From an uncultured Rhodospirillaceae bacterium (lineage in GTDB: Bacteria; Pseudomonadota; Alphaproteobacteria; Rhodospirillales; UBA2165), in assembly GCA_913041095.1 (NCBI GenBank), contig CAJWIB010000001.1:1-43903 (forward strand): a stretch of DNA of 43,903 bases, in the 5' to 3' direction. A model generated the notes under the pieces. The model made no database searches. It was given only the letters and a program-made list of their open reading frames with translations, and was not told where the DNA came from. Made by a program: the position numbers and the translations under genes. Numbering within the stretch: position 1 is the stretch's first letter; each line of letters begins with the position of its first letter. Positions 37,265-43,903 of this stretch are shown here, piece after piece.

Positions 37265-38287
37265 TGACAAAAGGGAAATCAACTTCGTCTCAATTCCGTT
37301 CCAGTCCACCGCCTCACCCTCTGGCAAGATGATTTCGAGCCGCGAGTCGCGGCGGTAGGCGATGGGGGTAACGGAAATCTCGCCCTGGGTGCGGTCGATT
37401 AAAATCCATTCGGTGCCAAGGCGAAACACCCCTTTGAGACGCTCGACATTTTTGAGATCATTAGGACCGGGCGGTCCGAGAAAATCCACCAAGGCGTCTT
37501 GCTCAAAAATATCCTCGGGCGCAAACACCCAGCCGCACCCTTGATAGCCATTACCCGCATTAACTGCCCGCACCGGCCGGCCCGGTTGAGACGTGCCGAT
37601 GTTAGGGGCCGGTTGAGTTTCAGCGTGATCATGCAGATGTGGAAACAGCGGCAAGCGCTCATCATTGGCTTTGAGATCAAGCAGCGTGCCATCGATCTCG
37701 CCCATTTTTGCTTCAACGATCACCAGCTTTGGTGGAAATAGCGCCGCCGCCCAATCCCGAAAGCCCGCCAGATCATCCTCGCTGGCAAGATCACTTTTAT
37801 TGGCAATCAGTACATCGGCGAGATGGACCTGGTCCCTGAAGACATCAACCCCGGTTATGCGCGCATCGCCAACATATCTGGGATCAACTAGGCATATCAT
37901 GGCACCAACATCAACCACGTCTTTAAGATCGTCTTTACGCAACTCATCCAAAATGCCCGCCGGATGACCAAGCCCGGTCGGCTCGATCAGCAGGCGGTCT
38001 GGCTTGGCGCGGCGGAGAATTTCGGTAATCGCCATCCGCATCGGCACATTGGCCACACAGCACATACAGCCGCCGGGAATTTCGCGAATGGTCAATCTAT
38101 TTTCTTGGCCGTTCGTGCTGCCATCTTCAAGCACCGCCTGATCAACCGCAATTTCACCAAACTCATTGACCAATATCGCCCAGTTTTCATTTGCTGGTTT
38201 GCGGGCGAGCAGAGACCGGATGGCGGTTGTTTTGCCAACACCGAAAAAACCGGTGAATAAAGTTGTCGGGACGTTTTGGATGGTCAC
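37253..38287 (-). CDS. cobW: CobW-type COG0523 metallochaperone GTPase
   Basis: 344 aa. It has the GFFGVGKTT P-loop, the GCMCC metal motif, a His-rich stretch (HLHDHAE) and a CobW C-terminal domain. It sits next to cob genes. Confidence 0.85.
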   Translation of the reverse strand: MTIQNVPTTLFTGFFGVGKTTAIRSLLARKPANENWAILVNEFGEIAVDQAVLEDGSTNGQENRLTIREIPGGCMCCVANVPMRMAITEILRRAKPDRLLIEPTGLGHPAGILDELRKDDLKDVVDVGAMICLVDPRYVGDARITGVDVFRDQVHLADVLIANKSDLASEDDLAGFRDWAAALFPPKLVIVEAKMGEIDGTLLDLKANDERLPLFPHLHDHAETQPAPNIGTSQPGRPVRAVNAGNGYQGCGWVFAPEDIFEQDALVDFLGPPGPNDLKNVERLKGVFRLGTEWILIDRTQGEISVTPIAYRRDSRLEIILPEGEAVDWNGIETKLISLLSPRT

Positions 38288-38438
38288 TAAAAACCTATAT
38301 GTTCTGTTTCATCAGCTTAACAAATAGCGCGCGGGCCATATAATGGGCAATCGCTTCTTCACTGCATTTTTCTTCCATAACACAGATTCTCTAAAAGGTC
38401 TGCTGTCTGAAGCGCTTAAGACTTGTTATGATGGTGTC

Positions 38439-39455
38439 ATGTTTGACGATACAAAGCTTCGGAAAACGCCGCTTCATGGTGGTGACCTGACGGCAGCGGC
38501 CCAGGAATTTGGCGTCGCTGAAGCGGATTTAATCGATCTTTCGACTGGCATTAATCCTTCGCTCTACCGTCATATCGAGGTGAGTGAGCGTGCCTTGCGT
38601 ATGCTGCCGACGCCGGGTGATGTGAAGAATTTGCTGGCCGCTGCTCAAGAGTTTTATCGCGCACCTGCCAGCAGTTCGATCATCGCCGCACCGGGTACCC
38701 AAGCGGTCTTGCAGAATTTACCGCTGCTTTATCCGGGCCGGGACGTCGCTATTTTATCACCAACCTATAGCGAGCACGGTCATACCTGGGGGAGCGCTGG
38801 CAATACGGTGACGCCCGTTTCTGAATTCGATGATCTTAGCCAAGGTGATATCGCGGTACTCGTCAATCCCAACAATCCTGATGGACGGCGTTATCAGCCG
38901 GATGATATTCTTAAACTTGCCGAAGATGTAGAACTGTTCATCATCGACGAAGCTTTTTGCGACGCCTCGCCAGAACTCAGCCTCGTGCCGCATTTGAAGG
39001 GGCAAAATATTCTGGTCTTGCGCTCGCTGGGTAAGTTCTTTGGCCTGGCCGGCTTGCGTCTGGGGTTTTTGATTGGTGCATCTGACATTACCACGGTACT
39101 CAGTGACCGCTTAGGACCCTGGGCAGTATCCGGTCCAGCGATTGAGATTGGCGCCCGCGCGCTGGCTGATGATATTTGGATCGCTGAGACGGTAAGCGAC
39201 TTGGCGATTAAGGCCATGCGTTTGAACAATCTGCTGCAAGCCTGCGGGCTTTCCATTGCCGGTGGTGCGGAGTTGTTCACGCTGATCGAAACCGGACAAG
39301 CTCAGGCAATCTATCAGGGTCTTGGCCGGGCGGGGGTTTTGGTTCGGCGCTTTGAAGATCTGCCGAACTGGCTCAGGATTGGCCTGCCCGGCGCCGATCG
39401 CGAGTGGGAAAAGCTGGCAACTGCGCTAAGCGCTATCGATAATATGGGCGAATGA
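38439..39455 (+). CDS. cobD: L-threonine-O-3-phosphate decarboxylase (class I/II aminotransferase fold; CobD of Salmonella / CobC of Pseudomonas)
   Basis: ..HGGDL.. near the N-terminus, NPNNPDG and SLGKFFGLAGLRLGF (PLP lysine) are typical of the family. The start is taken at M33 of the track ORF (MFDDTKLRK..). The track ORF begins at 38343. The exact start is uncertain. Confidence 0.75.
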   Translation: MFDDTKLRKTPLHGGDLTAAAQEFGVAEADLIDLSTGINPSLYRHIEVSERALRMLPTPGDVKNLLAAAQEFYRAPASSSIIAAPGTQAVLQNLPLLYPGRDVAILSPTYSEHGHTWGSAGNTVTPVSEFDDLSQGDIAVLVNPNNPDGRRYQPDDILKLAEDVELFIIDEAFCDASPELSLVPHLKGQNILVLRSLGKFFGLAGLRLGFLIGASDITTVLSDRLGPWAVSGPAIEIGARALADDIWIAETVSDLAIKAMRLNNLLQACGLSIAGGAELFTLIETGQAQAIYQGLGRAGVLVRRFEDLPNWLRIGLPGADREWEKLATALSAIDNMGE

Positions 39456-40757
39456 GCCCATTACCGAACCGGATCGGCAGCCCAGCGGTGGCAAGGAGTT
39501 TCCCTGGGCATCTTGCGCATTAAATAAAGCTTCGCGGCCGGTCATCACCGTCATTTCACAGTAGTGAAACTCGTGGCCTCTAAACTGTGCGCCGGTTGAA
39601 CCCAGCGGTCCGTCATCCAATAAAGATAATTGCCTATAGCCCAAATGCAGCTTCGGCGCAGCAAAAGATGTCTCAACCGGCAACAGCCCAAGCATATCGT
39701 GCGACTTGCCGTCGCGGCCGGTGAGAGTCTCGCCTAAGACCATAAAGCCCCCACATTCACCATAAATAACAGCGTCCTTGGCCGCCGCCATCTTCATCGC
39801 CGAGACAAAACTTTTATTGCCGGCGATGTTTTCGGCATGCAGCTCGGGATAGCCACCCGGCAAATAGATGCTGTCAGCGACAAAATCCGGCGCCTCATCG
39901 GCGAGCGGAGAGAAAAAACTGATCTCGGTGCCGGCTGCCCACCAGCTCTCAACAACATGATCATAGCAAAAGGCAAAAGCGTCATCCCGGGCAATCGCCG
40001 TATTGCGGCCAAGCGGTGGAATTGATGGCGTCTCTTTCAACGTAAGCACGACTTTCGACTGTGTTGCCAAATCTTTAAGCGCGGCTAGATCAACATGTTC
40101 CTTGACTATTGCCGCCGCCGCATCCAGCCATTGATCGAGCTTCGGCATTTCCTTCGCCTGCACTAGCCCCAAATGGCGGTTCGGCAGATCGAGGCTGGCA
40201 TGGCGGGGTATACAGCCGAGGCACTGAATACCGTTTGGCGCTATGGCTTCGCGCAGAATTCGCTCGTGATTCTCGCCGCCGATGTGATTGAAAATCACTC
40301 CGGCTATTTTGATATCATCCCGATGATTGGCGAAGCCCTCAACCAGAGCTGCCGCCGAGGCGCCTTGAGATTTGGCATCCACCACCAGGACCACCGGCCA
40401 GTCGAGCCAATTGGCAGCGTCCGCCGTACTGCCGCTGTTTTTAGCTTTACCTGTGGTTGCGCCATCAAACAGTCCCATCACCCCTTCGGTGATAACGATA
40501 TCCACATCCTCCAAACCTGCCGTCCGTTGGCGCAATAGGGTATCCTCCTGCATCGCCCAAAAATCCAGATTGCGGCAAAGCTTACCCGAAGCCGCCGCAT
40601 GATAAGCCGGATCAATATAATCGGGACCAATTTTAAAGGAACCGGCATCAACACCTGCATTTTTAAAGGCGCGCAGCAGGCTCAGGGTAATCACTGTCTT
40701 ACCGCTGCCGGACGCCGGTGCTGCAATTATCAATCCTCCGGCTAAGGTATTATTCAT
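39426..40757 (-). CDS. cobB: (Hydrogeno)cobyrinic acid a,c-diamide synthase
   Basis: 443 aa. It has APASGSGKTVITLSLLRA (ATP-binding) and a C-terminal glutamine amidotransferase domain (GECGGFMVLG). Confidence 0.88.
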   Translation of the reverse strand: MNNTLAGGLIIAAPASGSGKTVITLSLLRAFKNAGVDAGSFKIGPDYIDPAYHAAASGKLCRNLDFWAMQEDTLLRQRTAGLEDVDIVITEGVMGLFDGATTGKAKNSGSTADAANWLDWPVVLVVDAKSQGASAAALVEGFANHRDDIKIAGVIFNHIGGENHERILREAIAPNGIQCLGCIPRHASLDLPNRHLGLVQAKEMPKLDQWLDAAAAIVKEHVDLAALKDLATQSKVVLTLKETPSIPPLGRNTAIARDDAFAFCYDHVVESWWAAGTEISFFSPLADEAPDFVADSIYLPGGYPELHAENIAGNKSFVSAMKMAAAKDAVIYGECGGFMVLGETLTGRDGKSHDMLGLLPVETSFAAPKLHLGYRQLSLLDDGPLGSTGAQFRGHEFHYCEMTVMTGREALFNAQDAQGNSLPPLGCRSGSVMGSFAHIIDSA

Positions 40758-41532
40758 CAGGCAGCCATTTCAGTTGCTCACGGAAATTGACGATGTCGCC
40801 AACCACAATCAAAGCAGGCGGCTCCAAATCAGAGGCCGCTAAATCTGCTGTGCAATTAGCCAGGGTTGATACCAACACTTTTTGATCCGGTGTTGTCGCT
40901 TTGGCAACGACGGCGACGGGCTCATCTGCTGGCCGGCCGGCTTCCTGCAATTGCTCGGCGATTCGGCTCAGATGTGCGGTCCCCATAAAAAAAATTAATG
41001 CCGGCGAGCCATCAGAAAGGGCGCGCCAATTGATATCATCCGGCACCGTGCCGCCCGCGGTATGCCCGGTAATAAACGTCACCGCCGTATTGGTGCCTCG
41101 CGTCGTCATTGGAATTCCGGCATAAGCGAGCCCGCCAACACCTGCGGTGATGCCCGGCACGATGCGAAACGGAATTTCTGCTTCGACCAGCCCAAAGCAT
41201 TCCTCAGCGCCCCGGCCGAAGACAAAGGGATCGCCGCCCTTAAGCCTGAGAACTCGGTTGTTTTCTTGGGCAAGCCCAACCAAACGTTCGGTAATATCGT
41301 GCTGCTTCGCGGATGGCTTGCCGCCGCGCTTACCTGCATATTCCATTTCGGCGTTTTCGCCGGCCAATTCAATTATGCCATCACCGACGAGGGCGTCATA
41401 AACAATGACGTCAGCCTGCTGGATGCCATGCCAGGCGAGGATCGACAGCAGGCCCGGATCACCGGGACCAGCGCCGACGATCCACACCGTACCCGGTTCA
41501 AATTCCGGAAGATCAATTGAAAGGTTTTCCAT
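40750..41532 (-). CDS. cobA: Uroporphyrinogen-III C-methyltransferase (SUMT)
   Basis: 260 aa. It has VWIVGAGPGDPGLLS, VIVYDALV and LKGGDPFVFGRGAEE. It overlaps the cobB start by 8 nt. Confidence 0.88.
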   Translation of the reverse strand: MENLSIDLPEFEPGTVWIVGAGPGDPGLLSILAWHGIQQADVIVYDALVGDGIIELAGENAEMEYAGKRGGKPSAKQHDITERLVGLAQENNRVLRLKGGDPFVFGRGAEECFGLVEAEIPFRIVPGITAGVGGLAYAGIPMTTRGTNTAVTFITGHTAGGTVPDDINWRALSDGSPALIFFMGTAHLSRIAEQLQEAGRPADEPVAVVAKATTPDQKVLVSTLANCTADLAASDLEPPALIVVGDIVNFREQLKWLPDE

Positions 41533-41597
41533 AGCCGCGGAATTTAGCAGAATGGGGCATGGATGAAAAAGCGTTAATAAGGTAATACGTTCATTTC

Positions 41598-42707
41598 ATG
41601 ACAAATAATGATGACACGACGAATACTGACGGACGGGAGCTTCGGCGCGGCTGGACGACAGGCACCTGCGCGACGGCTGCAGCAAAGGCTGCCTATATCG
41701 GTTTGCTCACTGGTGAAATACCAAGTGAGATCGAAATAGTATTACCCGGCGGCCAAAAACCAGTGTTTCAAGTAATCGACGCCAAAATCAACGGTGACAG
41801 CGCCATGGCGGCAATAGAGAAAGATGCCGGTGATGATCCGGACATCACCCATGGCGCGATTATCCGGGTGTGGGTTCGAAAAGGTGAGGGTGTTGGCTTT
41901 AAAGCTGGTTCAGGGGTCGGCACGATAACCAAGCCGGGCTTGCCGCTGGAGGTTGGTGAGCCCGCCATCAATCCCGCACCCCGTCAAATGATCACCGATA
42001 ATTTGCAAAATGCAGCAGATTGTGAAGGTGTCGAGCTTGCAGCGGAAATTGAAATCTCGGTCGACGATGGTGAGGCCCTGGCAGCAAACACTTGGAACCC
42101 ACGGCTTGGTATTCTGGGTGGACTGTCGATCCTCGGCACCACCGGGATTGTTATCCCGTATTCCTGCTCGGCTTGGATCGCCTCAATCCAGCTAGGTATT
42201 GATGTCGCGCGCGCCACCAATATCGATCACGTGGCCGCCTGTACCGGCAAAATTTCCGAGAAAGCGGTGACCAGGCTTTATGGTTTTGAGCCCAGTGCCA
42301 TCTTGGATATGGGTGACTTTGCTGGCGGCACGCTTAAATATCTGCGCAGCCATCCGATCCCGAAAGTCACCATTGCCAGCGGCTTTGGCAAGCTTTCCAA
42401 ACTCGCCGCCGGGCACATGGATTTGCATTCAAAGCGCTCGCAGGTCGACCCAGCGTTTCTGGCTAAACTCGCTGGTGAAGATGGTATCGCGCCGGAGATT
42501 TGCGATGAGATCGCCAATAAAACATCAGCCGGCCAAATTATGGAGATTATGGCGCGCAATAATTTGACCCTCGGTGATTACGTTGCCCATGCCGCCCAAG
42601 CCATCGCCTTAAAAGAAGCACACGATAGTGCCGATATTGAAGTACTGGCCTATGACCGCAGTGGCACATTGATCGGGCGGGCACCGTTTACGGGAAGGTT
42701 GACGTGA
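41598..42707 (+). CDS. cbiD: Cobalt-precorrin-5B (C1)-methyltransferase
   Basis: 369 aa. It has LRRGWTTGTCATAAAKAAY and GGLSILGTTGIV, characteristic of CbiD. Confidence 0.88.
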   Translation: MTNNDDTTNTDGRELRRGWTTGTCATAAAKAAYIGLLTGEIPSEIEIVLPGGQKPVFQVIDAKINGDSAMAAIEKDAGDDPDITHGAIIRVWVRKGEGVGFKAGSGVGTITKPGLPLEVGEPAINPAPRQMITDNLQNAADCEGVELAAEIEISVDDGEALAANTWNPRLGILGGLSILGTTGIVIPYSCSAWIASIQLGIDVARATNIDHVAACTGKISEKAVTRLYGFEPSAILDMGDFAGGTLKYLRSHPIPKVTIASGFGKLSKLAAGHMDLHSKRSQVDPAFLAKLAGEDGIAPEICDEIANKTSAGQIMEIMARNNLTLGDYVAHAAQAIALKEAHDSADIEVLAYDRSGTLIGRAPFTGRLT

Positions 42708-43441
42708 AGCGGCTTCTCATCTTAGGCGGCACCGGTGATGCGACGAAGCTGGCACGGGAAGCCAGCACCTTGCCTGATCTTGAAGTTATTTATTCGCTGG
42801 CAGGCCGCACCAGCAAACCCAATCTGCCAGACTGCATGATTCGTATCAGCGGCTTTGGCGGGGTCGAGGGTCTGCTTTCTTATTTGCGCGAGACCGAGAT
42901 CGATCTGGTTGTCGATGCGACCCATCCCTTCGCAGCAATCATGGCTGATCATGCCGGTAAAGCCTGCAATGAAAACAATATTCCGCGTCTTAAGTATTGC
43001 CGTCCGGCCTGGGCCCAAGATGTTGTTAGTTGGATCTCCGTGACGGATTACAAGACTGCTGCCTAGCAACTTCAAGATTTGGGCGAGCGCGTCTTCCTCT
43101 CTATCGGTACTAAAAATTTGGAGGCGTTCACCAAGCTTGCCGGCATATGGTTTCTGGTCCGCGCCGTCGAACAACCCTCAACACCGATCCCGCTCGAAAA
43201 TTTTGAACTGCTGCTCGAACGTGGCCCATTTGATGAAACGCATGAAAAAACGCTGCTGGTCAGCTCCCAAATCGACGTACTGGTGTCAAAAAATAGCGGT
43301 GGCAAAATGGCCCCTAAACTCACTGCCGCGCAGGCCTTAGGCATTCCCATTATCATGATCGAACAACCTATTCCGCCAACGGGGGAGGTGGTGGAAAGTG
43401 TTGGGGACGTACTCGAATGGATTAAAGGGCGTAATTATTAA
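42704..43441 (+). pseudogene. cobK: Precorrin-6A/cobalt-precorrin-6A reductase interrupted by a single in-frame TAG (43064-43066)
   Basis: Track ORFs 42704-43066 and 43079-43441 are in the same frame. Together they give a normal-length CobK/CbiJ with LLILGGTGDATKLA, VDATHPFA, ..AA*QLQDLGERVFLSIGTKNLEAF.. and SKNSGG. The start overlaps the cbiD stop (GTGA). Confidence 0.8.
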
Positions 43442-43442
43442 A

Positions 43443-43459
43443 CTCGCGGCACGCGCGAG
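43443..43459. terminator. Possible bidirectional hairpin between convergent genes
   Basis: CTCGCG-gcacg-CGCGAG forms a 6-bp GC stem directly after the cobK stop, with TTTT following at 43471-43474. Confidence 0.35.
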
Positions 43460-43473
43460 GATCAATAGACTTT

Positions 43474-43863
43474 TCAGCCGAGCGGCATACCGTTGCCTTT
43501 GGTCAGCTTAGACTGATAGGCAAGGTTTCCGGCGCTATCGAAAAATGAGATTTTAATGCCGCTAATCTTTGGCTTCAGGCACGTCTTGCCATCGCGGCGG
43601 CTTTTGTCGGCGGTGTCTTCCAGACAGAGCGTCCCGGCATCGGTGATCCGCCACGTGCCATCGACGAATTTGCACGGGAAGTACTCATCATAGACTTTGC
43701 CAAAGCGGCCAAAATAGATGGTGTGCTCAAGACCGGTTTTCTTATCAATATAGACAAAGGTATGATCGCGTAGCTGGCGGTCGAGATCAGCCGTATCGGC
43801 GTTCGCGGAAACCGGTGCTAAAAACATAAGAGCCAGCAGCGTGAAAAATAGCTTTTTCATCAT
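43474..43863 (-). CDS. Hypothetical secreted/periplasmic protein
   Basis: 129 aa. MMKKLFFTLLALMFLAPVSANA-DT looks like a Sec signal peptide with an AxA site. The mature part has four Cys. I recognise no family. Confidence 0.6.
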   Translation of the reverse strand: MMKKLFFTLLALMFLAPVSANADTADLDRQLRDHTFVYIDKKTGLEHTIYFGRFGKVYDEYFPCKFVDGTWRITDAGTLCLEDTADKSRRDGKTCLKPKISGIKISFFDSAGNLAYQSKLTKGNGMPLG

Positions 43864-43903
43864 GGCAAAAGAGTACCAGAAAAAAGCTGTAAAAAAAATA
43901 TTG

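Noticed and set aside
37010-37267. Track ORF with His/Glu-rich sequence (HHEGHEAHEKKVTTEDTENTEE..)
   Set aside because: It is the translation of stacked palindromic repeat units, not a gene.
41533-41597. Expected cobalamin riboswitch in front of cob genes (also checked 38288-38438)
   Set aside because: The intergenic regions are too short, and neither contains a B12-box-like GCCACTG element. The only GCCACTG strings I saw are inside coding sequence.
1-43903. CRISPR arrays, tRNA/rRNA/tmRNA genes, prophage or defence-island genes
   Set aside because: I saw no regularly spaced direct repeats, no tRNA-like T-arm/acceptor signatures in intergenic regions, and no phage, restriction, toxin-antitoxin or nuclease/ATPase defence-type ORFs. 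The window is metabolic and housekeeping in character.

Overview
This is a chromosomal segment with moderate GC. Its gene content and palindromic repeat families look alphaproteobacterial, which is an inference. About 38 genes are supported.

Housekeeping genes:
- xthA, erpA, an iscS-like cysteine desulfurase, glcB, nadB, typA and prfC.

Cobalamin cluster:
- cobW, cobD/C, cobB, cobA, cbiD and cobK.

Transporters:
- One MATE efflux transporter and one DMT (EamA-type) transporter.

Catabolic genes:
- Two diverged paralogous pairs, each a cytoplasmic molybdopterin oxidoreductase with a roughly 110-aa two-cluster ferredoxin.
- An operon of an OYE-type flavin oxidoreductase, a hypothetical protein and a 59-aa Cys-rich ORF that the ORF track missed.
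- A decarboxylase-type amidohydrolase, an alpha/beta hydrolase and a thioesterase.
- A TPP enzyme, an LLM oxidoreductase and a feruloyl-CoA-synthase-like ligase.

Decayed genes are unusually frequent:
- Four IS remnants (IS3 OrfA twice, IS3 OrfB once, IS1595 once).
- A hydantoinase-B stump, a GST with in-frame stops, and an outer-membrane barrel stump.
- An in-frame amber codon splitting cobK.

I saw no rRNA, tRNA, CRISPR array, prophage or recognisable defence genes.

Best candidates for something undescribed:
- The two Mo/W enzyme modules, which have a non-canonical Fe-S motif, a mini-ferredoxin partner and swapped gene order.
- The OYE, hypothetical and Cys-rich mini-protein operon.
- A secreted metallo-beta-lactamase-fold protein carrying a duplicated EF-hand module.

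All functional calls rest on motif and family recognition by eye. No searches were run.
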